Part shown: one piece after another, positions 19,271-27,873 of the stretch
How positions within the stretch are numbered: the stretch's first letter is position 1
Layout: the number at the start of each line of letters is the position of its first letter
Assembly: GCA_938005745.1 (NCBI GenBank)
Contig: CALLMM010000006.1
Span: 35,241-99,240, forward strand
Direction of reading: 5' to 3'
From: an uncultured Chthonomonadales bacterium
GTDB lineage: Bacteria > Armatimonadota > Chthonomonadetes > Chthonomonadales > CAJBBX01
DNA length: 64,000 nt
The notes under the pieces: model-generated
Told to the model about the DNA's origin: nothing
The model's input: only the letters and a program-made list of their open reading frames with translations
Databases searched by the model: none
Position numbers and translations under genes: made by a program

Positions 19271-19309
19271 TGTCATTCCGAGGGAGGCGCGAGCCGACCG
19301 AAGCAATCG
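19271..19309. repeat. solo type-2 repeat unit, copy A2
   Basis: TGTCATTCCGAGGGAGGCGCGAGCCGACCGAAGCAATCG matches the type-2 unit at 24310-24349 (reverse complement) at about 34 of 40 positions by hand alignment. Confidence 0.7.
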
Positions 19310-19328
19310 AGTCACATATCTGCGCCTG

Positions 19329-21296
19329 CTACATAGAAAGAAGCGGTTCGGTGTAGACCTCTGCGGTCTCTGCGATCCTCTGGAACCATCTTCCGGAAGG
19401 ATCCACCATCGGAAGCCACCAGGCGGTCGGACGGTGGTTGGTGTGTAGGAGGCTTGTGGAGGTCAGAATGGCGTTACGCACCAGTCGCAGCCGTTCTGCG
19501 CCGATCTGCGCTTCGATCTCGATGATGGCGCGCCGATGCACGGATGCAGCGCCGCGCTCCAGCCCCAATCGAAGAGATTTCAGGGTTTGAATCTGCTGCA
19601 GGGTGGAGCGTCTGTCCTGGAGCAGCTGACGGATTCTTGCATCGAATGCCGCTCGGCAGTCCTCTTCCTCTGGCGTCCATTCGACCGTAGCACGGAAGTG
19701 ATCGCCCTTAGCCCGCTCCGTGTCGCGAATTGCGCTCTTGATCCGCTTCAGGTCCCGATAGAGACCCTCTACCTGGTTCTGATAGACCAGAGCCTGACTT
19801 CGAAGCTCCACCAGCGCCTGTTTCGCCTGCTCATACCGATCCAGCAGATCGCTCCATGCGCCCCCCTGCCGCTCAGCAAGGAACCGCAGCATATCGCGCG
19901 GCTTCGTGATGCGCCTGAGAGTATCGAGCAGATCCTGCTGCTCCCGGCAGACGGTCTGCCAGCTTTGCGAGAAGTCTCGTGTGGTGATCTGTCTCTGCCC
20001 GAAGGTGGCAGCCAGATGATCCGGCAGCGTCAGCGTCGCCTGCCCAACCTCCAGCGAGTCCCAGGTCTGGTAGTGCAGCCGCAGAATGGGATGCACGCGC
20101 AGATCAACGCCATGCCGGCGCATATAGTCGTTCATCCTGCGCGTGCGATGCACATAGGCGGAGCCTTCCTCGTTAAAGACGAAGATATGCTCCTGTGCGA
20201 GCATGGAGATCAGCGCAACCGCCTTCCCAACCAGCGTGACATGCCTTCCGAGTTCCCGCGTGAGTATCTCCGCCAGTTGATGAACGCTATGTATCGGCTC
20301 TTTCAACGGAATGCGAATGGGCTGCCGGGTCTCGATATGGATGTTTCGCAGAGTAACCCGGAGGGTTCCGCGCCCATGCACGGGTGAGACGATATCGAAA
20401 GGAAGCGCGCCCAGCCCGAACTTATCCAGCGTATAGATCTCGCTTCCCGCGACCGCTTCGTTGTAGGCGCGCGCCGCCATCGCACGAGTCTTTTCGTTCA
20501 GGAAGAGATCCACAAACTGAAAGCGCGGCAGATGCGCTGTCTGCGGAGAGAACTCCAGAAGATGCGCGGTGCAGTCCACTTCGGTATTCTGCGGCTCTGT
20601 GCCGAGAAGGAGTGCAAAGAGTCGGGGAAAGAGGTCGCGGTAGAGATTGGAGAGGTACTGATCGGGATGATCGCGCAGATAGTCAGAGACCCAGCCCAGC
20701 ATCGTCTCTGCAAGCCGCTTTGCCTCCTGCCGACAGCAGTCCTCCACTATCGTATCGAACGTGCCCTCAAAACCCCAGGAGAGCATCTGAAGAACCGAGT
20801 CTCCGAGATCACGCAGCGGCAGATTGTGAACGATCAGGTCCTGCGAGCCGGTATAGACCAGACCGCGCCATCCCCACGCTTCGGTAACCTCATTGATGAA
20901 CTCCAGCCGATCCTTCTCCGACCGCTCCGCAAGAAGATTCAGAGGGACGCCGTGCTGAACGTAGGCGTGTCGTGTGGGGTAGGTCTCACTGCCAAACAGC
21001 CGGGATATCTCTCCGGCGGCAGACCAGAGGTCTTTTGTGGAACCATCGTTATGCGCCAGAAGGGAGAAGCGGGACTGTCCAGCGATCCGGGTATGCACCT
21101 TGGCGAAGTAGTCGGTGTCGTGGACACCCAGGATGATCTTCCCGCCCAGCCCCATCTCATCCAGCATGAGGCGAAGCGTCGCCTTCATCGGCTCATCCCA
21201 CCAGATGGTCTGACCGAGCGCCAGAAACGGGGTGTCCGGATACTGTTGGCGAAGCTGGGTGAGTACGGTTTTCGCGGAGTTATGGAAACGGCTCAA
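19329..21296 (-). CDS. large conserved-looking hypothetical protein (655 aa) with a C-terminal coiled-coil region
   Basis: The ORF is long and uninterrupted, and its third codon positions look GC-rich by eye like those of the neighbouring genes. The N-terminus reads LGQTIWWDEPMKATLRLM. The C-terminal roughly 170 aa are heptad-like and charged. No family is recognised. Confidence 0.65.
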   Translation of the reverse strand: MSRFHNSAKTVLTQLRQQYPDTPFLALGQTIWWDEPMKATLRLMLDEMGLGGKIILGVHDTDYFAKVHTRIAGQSRFSLLAHNDGSTKDLWSAAGEISRLFGSETYPTRHAYVQHGVPLNLLAERSEKDRLEFINEVTEAWGWRGLVYTGSQDLIVHNLPLRDLGDSVLQMLSWGFEGTFDTIVEDCCRQEAKRLAETMLGWVSDYLRDHPDQYLSNLYRDLFPRLFALLLGTEPQNTEVDCTAHLLEFSPQTAHLPRFQFVDLFLNEKTRAMAARAYNEAVAGSEIYTLDKFGLGALPFDIVSPVHGRGTLRVTLRNIHIETRQPIRIPLKEPIHSVHQLAEILTRELGRHVTLVGKAVALISMLAQEHIFVFNEEGSAYVHRTRRMNDYMRRHGVDLRVHPILRLHYQTWDSLEVGQATLTLPDHLAATFGQRQITTRDFSQSWQTVCREQQDLLDTLRRITKPRDMLRFLAERQGGAWSDLLDRYEQAKQALVELRSQALVYQNQVEGLYRDLKRIKSAIRDTERAKGDHFRATVEWTPEEEDCRAAFDARIRQLLQDRRSTLQQIQTLKSLRLGLERGAASVHRRAIIEIEAQIGAERLRLVRNAILTSTSLLHTNHRPTAWWLPMVDPSGRWFQRIAETAEVYTEPLLSM

Positions 21297-21452
21297 ATCG
21301 TTCGCTCCAGAGAACCCGCGTGCGGGCAGGATCTTTCATCGCGGCTGGTGATGTATCATACCTTACGGGATGTGAAAACACATGGTTCCATACATCTCTC
21401 AATGTAGAACAATTCATGGAGTTCGCACAGAACTCCTTCCATCTGACGGCTT

Positions 21453-22337
21453 TCAGGCATACATTTTGCAGACTCGCTCGACATCCGCCCCGTACTGCTC
21501 TCCGAACTGATTCAGATGCACCAGCAGTGCGTAGAGTTGATGCAGCGGCATGCGATAACGAAAACCCCTATCCAGAGGATAGGCGGACTGATACGCCTCC
21601 AGGAAACCTGTCGGGAAGCCGCCGAAAAGCAGAACGAACGCCATCTCAATCTCGCGATCCCCGTAGTAGACAGCCGGGTCCACGATGACCGCCTCCTCAC
21701 CGGCGCAGAGGAAGTTTCCACTCCAGAGGTCGCCGTGTATCAGAACCGGCTGTGCCGGCATATCGCCCAGCAGATCGTCCAGTCGGTCTGCCAGACTCAT
21801 CAACATCCGCTCTCGATGGGCGGGAAGTCTGCCGCGCGCTCTCGCCAGCGCGATCTGCGGCATTAGGCGGCACTCTCTGTAGAAATCTACCCATCTCTCC
21901 GTCCAGGCGTTTTTCTGGTGAAAGACGCCCAGATAGTTATCGGAGTCCAGTCCGAACCGGCTGTCAGGGGAGATCTGTTCGCGATGCAGCTTTGCCAGCC
22001 CTTCGCCGAATCGCCGCGCGAACAGATCGGCGCGGCGCGGCTCTCGCGACTCGATATACTCCAGCACCAGATATGCGGGCGTCATATCATCCCGAAAAGC
22101 AATCACCTCTGGCACGCGCAGCGCATTCGCTGCCTTTAGTCGTCGGATCCCGTCCGCCTCCCGTTCAAACAGGTGCGGAAGTGGGGTATCGTTCCACTTG
22201 ACAAAGTACCGCCCCGCGGCGGTCTCCACCACCGCAGAGTGGTTAATCATTCCCCCGGAGGTTGTAAAGGTTCGCACCGGCTCAGCATGGAGAGTTAGTG
22301 TCAGTTCCGCCCTCAGTGTCTCCGGAAGCCTGTTCAC
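21453..22337 (-). CDS. fructosamine/ketosamine-3-kinase family protein
   Basis: Family sequences include FVKWN and FGLDSDNYLG. The catalytic region is LIHGDLWSGNFL and DPAVYYGDREIEMAF. Confidence 0.85.
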   Translation of the reverse strand: MNRLPETLRAELTLTLHAEPVRTFTTSGGMINHSAVVETAAGRYFVKWNDTPLPHLFEREADGIRRLKAANALRVPEVIAFRDDMTPAYLVLEYIESREPRRADLFARRFGEGLAKLHREQISPDSRFGLDSDNYLGVFHQKNAWTERWVDFYRECRLMPQIALARARGRLPAHRERMLMSLADRLDDLLGDMPAQPVLIHGDLWSGNFLCAGEEAVIVDPAVYYGDREIEMAFVLLFGGFPTGFLEAYQSAYPLDRGFRYRMPLHQLYALLVHLNQFGEQYGADVERVCKMYA

Positions 22338-22795
22338 AGATTGTGCTCCCGTCGGATCACGCGCAACAAGCCATCCGTGCCTTCGTCAATCAGTTCGTAG
22401 GCTAGCTCAAACTGCCCGGTATAGTAGGGATCGGGAACCTCGGTTGCGCCGCTCTGTGGCGAGTAGCTGAGCAGATTGGCGATCTTCGCCGTACTCGGTC
22501 CCATCTTCCGCACATCCTCCAGGTTCATGTTATCCATCGTAATAATATAATCAAACTCCCGGAGATCGCTGCTGCGAATCTGGCGCGCTCTGCCGTCATA
22601 GGGGATACTCTTTTCAGACAGCAGCTTCCGCGTGCCGTAGTGCGCGGGAGACCCTTCATACCATCCTCCCGTTCCCGCCGAATCGATCTGGAAATGCTCT
22701 TCGAGACCCGCTTTACGAACTTTATGCATGAATACGGCTTCCGCCATCGGTGACCGGCAGATGTTACCCAGACAGACAAAGAGAACACGTATCAA
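22334..22795 (-). CDS. low-molecular-weight protein-tyrosine phosphatase
   Basis: The P-loop is VLFVCLGNICRSPMAE. There is a 4-nt overlap with the downstream fructosamine-kinase gene, which is a known recurrent pairing. Confidence 0.9.
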   Translation of the reverse strand: MIRVLFVCLGNICRSPMAEAVFMHKVRKAGLEEHFQIDSAGTGGWYEGSPAHYGTRKLLSEKSIPYDGRARQIRSSDLREFDYIITMDNMNLEDVRKMGPSTAKIANLLSYSPQSGATEVPDPYYTGQFELAYELIDEGTDGLLRVIRREHNL

Positions 22796-22929
22796 ACGAC
22801 CTCTCCTTTCAGGCGCAGCTTACCATACACTTTTAGCATACCCTACGCAGGAGAGAGCAGGAAAATCACAGGCGCTCGGGGGATGTTAACACAACACGGA
22901 ACCCAAATTCGCCCCATGGAGAGTTCTTC

Positions 22930-24180
22930 ATGAAGATCAAAGAGATTGAACGTATTCCCGTAGATGTCGGCTTCCAGCCTCGCCCGGAGAGACACATGGC
23001 GCGTGAGCTATGGAACTGGTCTATCAGCGAGGTGATCCGTCTGACGACTGACAACGGTATTATCGGGTATGGCGAGACGCTTCCCCACTACACCTGGGGG
23101 CGCGTCAACGAGGAGGCGATCAGGAGAGCGATGGGACGCAACCCGTTCGATCTGCTCTGGGACGACTCTCTGGGGGCGGGTCTGCAAATGGCTGTCTGGG
23201 ACGCTGCCGGCAAGGCGGCGGAGGTTCCCTGCTGCCGATTGATCGGACCGCCCGGACGAACGGAGTGCCCCATAAGCTGGTGGGCGATTGACATGCCGCC
23301 GGAGGAGTGGGCGGGTGAAGCGCGGGATGCCGTCAGTCAGGGCTATACCAGTTTCAAACTGAAGGCGCGCCCCTGGTTCGATATCATTCAGCAGGTCTCC
23401 GCCATATGCGATGTCGTGCCAAGCTACTTCAAGCTGGATGTAGACTTCAACGCTCTGCTACTGGATGCGGGGCGCGCCGTGCCTGTGCTGCAGAGACTGG
23501 AGCAGAAGAGCCATGTCTCTATCTTCGAAACTCCCATCTGGCAGCACGACATCGAGGGAAGCCGACAGGTTCGAGCGAAGTGTTCGCGACCGATCGCGAT
23601 GCACTTTGGGTCGCCGCCGTTCCTGACTGCCGTTCAGGAGGAGGTATGCGACGGCTTTGTAGTGGGCGGGGGGGCTGCCTCCCTGGTGCGACAGGGGGTC
23701 ATGGCGGCGGAGGCGCAGAAGCCCTTCTGGCTGCAGATGGTCGGTACCGGCATCACGACCGCGTTCGCTATCCAGTTCGGCGCAGCGTTGACCCATGCGC
23801 GCTGGCCCATGATCACCTGTATGAACATGTACGCCGATGACCTGATCACAGAGCCGCTGCAGATCAGCGGAGGCTTCGCGCGGCTTCCGGAACAGCCGGG
23901 GCTGGGCGTGACCGTGGATGAGGAGGCTCTACAGAGGCTTCGCAGACCCGACTCGGAGGCGAAACCGGAAGGGCGGCGAATCCTGACCGTGACCTGGCTC
24001 GACGGAAGGCGTGTTCACTACGCGCATGCCATGCAGATGTATCACGACTTCTGGGCGGGAAATCAGCCGGTTTTCGAGGAAGGAGTGCAGTTGAGCTGGC
24101 AGGAGGATGACGGCAGCCGCGAGTTCGATGATCTGCTTTCCCGCGCCGACAGGGCTCCGGTCAGCAGTCACTTCGGGTAG
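22930..24180 (+). CDS. enolase-superfamily enzyme (mandelate racemase/muconate lactonizing enzyme family)
   Basis: The N-terminal capping domain carries GIIGYGETL. The barrel carries FKLKARPW and KLDVDFN metal-ligand-like motifs. Substrate is unknown. Confidence 0.7.
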   Translation: MKIKEIERIPVDVGFQPRPERHMARELWNWSISEVIRLTTDNGIIGYGETLPHYTWGRVNEEAIRRAMGRNPFDLLWDDSLGAGLQMAVWDAAGKAAEVPCCRLIGPPGRTECPISWWAIDMPPEEWAGEARDAVSQGYTSFKLKARPWFDIIQQVSAICDVVPSYFKLDVDFNALLLDAGRAVPVLQRLEQKSHVSIFETPIWQHDIEGSRQVRAKCSRPIAMHFGSPPFLTAVQEEVCDGFVVGGGAASLVRQGVMAAEAQKPFWLQMVGTGITTAFAIQFGAALTHARWPMITCMNMYADDLITEPLQISGGFARLPEQPGLGVTVDEEALQRLRRPDSEAKPEGRRILTVTWLDGRRVHYAHAMQMYHDFWAGNQPVFEEGVQLSWQEDDGSREFDDLLSRADRAPVSSHFG

Positions 24181-24262
24181 CGCAGGGTGTCGTCTCTGGC
24201 TTTCGTGGATTACTATACCGGAACGATCGACCGCTGCGGATACGCGCATTGCGCCCTCACAC

Positions 24263-24349
24263 TGTCATTGCGAGCGCAGGGAAGCAATCTTCTACCTGCC
24301 GGAACGCAAGAGATTGCTTCGGTCGGCTGACGCCGCCCTCGCAATGACA
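24263..24349. repeat. composite palindromic repeat (type-1 unit then inverted type-2 unit), copy B
   Basis: TGTCATTGCGAGCGCAGGGAAGCAATCTTCTACCTGCCGG is followed by GAGATTGCTTCGGTCGGCTGACGCCGCCCTCGCAATGACA. The terminal 12-mers TGTCATTGCGAG / CTCGCAATGACA are perfect inverted repeats. Confidence 0.75.
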
Positions 24350-24406
24350 ACCCGGACAGCTCTACCGCTCCAGTTACAGGCGACACGTCCCTCAAAGAGC
24401 GAAACA

Positions 24407-25645
24407 CTACGCAGGAGGGATGCGGTTAAACTGATCCTGCCAAAGCAGGTTCTTCAATACATCCAGCGTATTGCGGGAGACCCTCTCCAGCGGGAGGTTC
24501 TGCGCTTCCGCATCGGAGGGAGCGAACGTCACCATGACTATACTGCGCGCCACAATGCGCTTGCCATCCGAACTGAGACGCAGTTCATGCATCTGAAGTC
24601 CGCGGTCAAACAGGAGATTGATGTTGTCGGCAAACTTCTGCGCGCGATCATCGGCGCTGAGTCCGTCGCTGGCGGTCAGCCGGGTGATGACGGTGTTGCC
24701 CATCGTAACCTCCGCCACCGTGACCCCGTTGACCGTCGCAGGCTTTACGAGCGCGCGGATAGAGGTGTCCACCTCGCGGCGGTTGATCGGAATCTTCAGC
24801 TCTTCCAGAAGTGCCTGCAGCGCGCGTGCGCGTTCCGGAGACGGCGGGTGCGTACGATAGATGCCCAGTTCGCGCTGCGGTCCGCGCAGCTCATCGCGCG
24901 CCAGACGTTCCATGAAGGTCAGCAGTCCGACAGGGTTGTACTTCGTGCGCATCAGATAGCGAACGCCCGCCTGGTCGGCATCCTTCTCAGCTTCGATGCC
25001 GTAGGTGTTTAACTTTGCAACCAGGTAGAGCTGCCCCGCCATGAGGAGGTTGCCGATATCGCTGCCGGGAGAGCGGCTCAGAAGAGCGCCGACGATCAGG
25101 GGAATGAGCAGACGCTGCTGCAGCTTATTCTGTTCATTGATCAGTCGGATCATATGACGATGCGCCGCGTGCGCGATCTCATGACCGATCACGCCTGCCA
25201 GCTCATCATCGGACTTGACATAGTCCAGCAAGCCTTTGTTGATGTAGATGAACCCGCCGGGCAGCGAAAAGGCGTTGATATCCTTATCATCCACCACGCG
25301 GAAGGTGTATTCAAACTTTCCTCGCTCCGGCATCCCCCACAGAATCGGGATCGGTTCGGCATTGGCGATGGCGGCGATCTCCTGCCCGATCCGGTTCACT
25401 CTCTCCAGAATGGCAGGGTCGGTTACCAGCTTGATGGTCTTCTCCAGCTCCTCCGCGTTCTCTTTTCCCAGATTCACATCCGGAAACTCTTTTTCCGCCT
25501 TCTTCTTATCATCCTGCGTGAAAGCCAGCGGATGCCCTGCGGCGCAGCAGTATCCCCTGAGCGCAGACGCGCTGTCCCCTACTGCCGCGAGCAGAACCGC
25601 CAGCAGTACGATGATAGAAGAGTGTTGTTTGCGTGAACGCATCAT
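24407..25645 (-). CDS. exported M48-family zinc metallopeptidase
   Basis: It has a signal peptide, the HEXXH motif in GVIGHEIAHAAHRHM, and a C-terminal extension of unknown function. Confidence 0.8.
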   Translation of the reverse strand: MMRSRKQHSSIIVLLAVLLAAVGDSASALRGYCCAAGHPLAFTQDDKKKAEKEFPDVNLGKENAEELEKTIKLVTDPAILERVNRIGQEIAAIANAEPIPILWGMPERGKFEYTFRVVDDKDINAFSLPGGFIYINKGLLDYVKSDDELAGVIGHEIAHAAHRHMIRLINEQNKLQQRLLIPLIVGALLSRSPGSDIGNLLMAGQLYLVAKLNTYGIEAEKDADQAGVRYLMRTKYNPVGLLTFMERLARDELRGPQRELGIYRTHPPSPERARALQALLEELKIPINRREVDTSIRALVKPATVNGVTVAEVTMGNTVITRLTASDGLSADDRAQKFADNINLLFDRGLQMHELRLSSDGKRIVARSIVMVTFAPSDAEAQNLPLERVSRNTLDVLKNLLWQDQFNRIPPA

Positions 25646-25782
25646 CTTTCAGAAGCGCCTTTCTGCTGTTGAGAGCCGGTCCGGAGCCATTGACCGATGC
25701 GAAATTTCCGAAAACCCCGTACATCCATTATATCACAGCGTCAGAACTGCCGCAAGCGATCAGTCACTTACCGCATTTTTAC

Positions 25783-25811
25783 TTGACTTCCTACTTCTAG
25801 TTACCTATAAT
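25783..25811 (+). promoter_or_regulatory. consensus-like sigma70 promoter of the thrS leader
   Basis: TTGACT (25783-25788), a 17-nt spacer, then TATAAT (25806-25811). Confidence 0.6.
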
Positions 25812-25965
25812 ATCTACCGTGAATTCCCTGAAGGCAGTCGCAGCCAATGTTCTGTTGTGAATTTATATCTTCTATCAGTGAGGCTTCGTCAGTGTTGGTT
25901 GACACGGCGCGCGTCGGCGTTCGGAAACGCCGTCGCTGTTAGCGCGCGACTGCCCGCCTGTCTCC

Positions 25966-26005
25966 GAAACGCCATCTCAACGATTGAGGTGGCGTTTCTC
26001 TCTTC
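25966..26005 (+). terminator. leader terminator/attenuator hairpin upstream of thrS
   Basis: GAAACGCCATCTCAA-cgat-TTGAGGTGGCGTTTC forms a 15-bp stem with one G-U pair, followed by TCTCTTC. It lies 57 nt before the thrS ATG. Confidence 0.5.
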
Positions 26006-26062
26006 AGAGATATGAAAACATGCTCACATTAACAGAGACTTTCAAAACCAAGGAGAGGTCGC

Positions 26063-27805
26063 ATGAATCCGGAAGATGATCCTTACTATAACCTCCGTCA
26101 CTCAACGGCACACCTGATGGCTCAGGCGGTTGGCGAACTCTATCCGGGAGTGAAGTACGCCATCGGACCGCCGATTGAAGACGGCTTCTACTACGACTTT
26201 GACCTGCCAACCCCCATCGGGGAGGACGATCTGCCCGTCATTGAGGCGAAGATGCGCGAGATCGCGGCGCGAGACCTGGGGATCGTCCGCAAGGAGATGC
26301 CCCGTGAGGAGGCGATCGCTTTCTGCACCGCGATGGGACAGCCCTATAAGGTAGAGCTGATTGGCGACATCCCGGAGGATGATGTCATCAGCTTCTATCA
26401 GCAGGGGGACTGGATTGACCTCTGCCGCGGTCCGCACGTTCCGTCCACCAGCCATCTCAAGCACTTCCGGCTTCTGGGTGTGGCGGGAGCCTACTGGCGC
26501 GGCAGCGAGAAGAACAAGATGCTGACGCGCATCTACGGAACGTCCTGGAACACGGAGGAGGAGCTGGAGGAGTATCTCCAGCGGCTGGAGGAGGCAAGAC
26601 GCCGCGATCATCGCGTTCTGGGTGCGGATCTGAAGCTCTTCACCATCATGGAGGAGATTGGCAAGGGGCTGCCAATCTGGCTGCCCAGAGGCGCGTCCGT
26701 GCGTCGCGTTCTCGAAAACTTCATCGTCGAGATCGAGCGTCGCGCTGGCTACCAGCACGTCTATACGCCGACAGTGGCAAAGGTAGACCTGTATGAGACC
26801 AGCGGACACTGGGCGCACTACAAAGAGCACATGTTCCCCGTGATGAAAGTGGAGAATGAGGAGTATGTGCTGCGACCGATGAACTGTCCGCACCATATTC
26901 AGATCTATCGTTCGCAGGGTATCGTCTCCTATCGTGATCTGCCCATCCGGATCGCCGAACTCGGAACCATGTTCCGATATGAGCCGTCCGGAACGCTGAC
27001 GGGGTTATCCCGTGTGCGCATGATGTGCCTGAACGACGCGCACATCTTCTGCCGGGAGGATCAGATCCAGGATGAGTTCATCAAAGTTGTTCACATGATC
27101 GAGGAGGCGTACCAGCGGCTGGGCTTCAAGGAGTATCGCTACCGTCTCTCCCTGCACGATCCCAATGACCGGGAGAAGTATGTGGATAATCCGGCGATGT
27201 GGGCGACGGCGGAGAACGCGCTGCGCTCTGCGCTGGAGTCGCTGAACATCCCCTACTACGAGGCAGTCGGCGAGGCGGCGTTCTACGGTCCCAAACTCGA
27301 TATTCAGGTGAAGACGGTCATGGGCAAGGAGGAGACGATCTCCACCTCACAGATTGACTATCACCTGCCCAACCAGTTCGGACTGGAGTATGTTGGAGAG
27401 GATGGGAAGCCGCATCGTCCGGTGATGATCCATCGCGGGGTGCTCTCCACGATGGAGCGGATGGTTGCTTTCCTCATCGAAAATTATGCAGGGGCGTTTC
27501 CGGTCTGGCTTGCGCCGGTTCAGGTCATGATCCTTCCGATCGCAGACGCGCAGAACGAGAAGGCGTATGAGATTCAGAGGCAGCTTCTAGAGGCAGGTTT
27601 TCGCGTGGAGGTGGATCCGCGCTCGGAGCGTGTTGGAAAGAAGATTGCGGAAGCAGAGACGCAGAAGATTCCCTACATGCTGATACTGGGCAAGCGGGAC
27701 ATCGCCAACGGGGTTGTCTCGGTACGCAAACGGGGAGAGGGCGATCTGGGAGCCGTTCCTCTGGAGGAGTTTATCGAGCGGCTGACGCAGGAGGTCAACG
27801 CCTGA
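26063..27805 (+). CDS. thrS: threonine--tRNA ligase (short form, no N-terminal TGS domain)
   Basis: The editing-domain HxxxH is RHSTAHLMAQAV. Other sequences are FYYDF, AGAYWRG and class II catalytic motifs. At 580 aa it begins at the equivalent of about residue 60 of E. coli ThrRS. Confidence 0.95.
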   Translation: MNPEDDPYYNLRHSTAHLMAQAVGELYPGVKYAIGPPIEDGFYYDFDLPTPIGEDDLPVIEAKMREIAARDLGIVRKEMPREEAIAFCTAMGQPYKVELIGDIPEDDVISFYQQGDWIDLCRGPHVPSTSHLKHFRLLGVAGAYWRGSEKNKMLTRIYGTSWNTEEELEEYLQRLEEARRRDHRVLGADLKLFTIMEEIGKGLPIWLPRGASVRRVLENFIVEIERRAGYQHVYTPTVAKVDLYETSGHWAHYKEHMFPVMKVENEEYVLRPMNCPHHIQIYRSQGIVSYRDLPIRIAELGTMFRYEPSGTLTGLSRVRMMCLNDAHIFCREDQIQDEFIKVVHMIEEAYQRLGFKEYRYRLSLHDPNDREKYVDNPAMWATAENALRSALESLNIPYYEAVGEAAFYGPKLDIQVKTVMGKEETISTSQIDYHLPNQFGLEYVGEDGKPHRPVMIHRGVLSTMERMVAFLIENYAGAFPVWLAPVQVMILPIADAQNEKAYEIQRQLLEAGFRVEVDPRSERVGKKIAEAETQKIPYMLILGKRDIANGVVSVRKRGEGDLGAVPLEEFIERLTQEVNA

Positions 27806-27812
27806 AAGCAGA

Positions 27813-27847
27813 GGAGAGCCGGCTGGTGACTTTCCAGCCGGCTCTCC
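27813..27847. terminator. hairpin between convergent thrS and the PhyH-family gene
   Basis: GGAGAGCCGGCTGG-N7-CCAGCCGGCTCTCC forms a 14-bp perfect stem. The flanking U-tracts are weak on both strands. Confidence 0.45.
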
Positions 27848-27873
27848 CTCCCTCCTTGCAGAATAAGACAGGG

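Noticed and set aside
25845-25940. 31-codon leader ORF (MFCCEFISSISEASSVLVDTARVGVRKRRRC) as a Thr-attenuation peptide.
   Set aside because: It has only one Thr codon and a weak RBS, so it does not fit classical amino-acid attenuation.
25812-26062. T-box riboswitch upstream of thrS.
   Set aside because: GGTGGC occurs, but on the 3' strand of the terminator rather than in an antiterminator bulge. I found no specifier-loop or AGAGA/GNUGNA features. It is kept as an unexplained leader rather than called a T-box.
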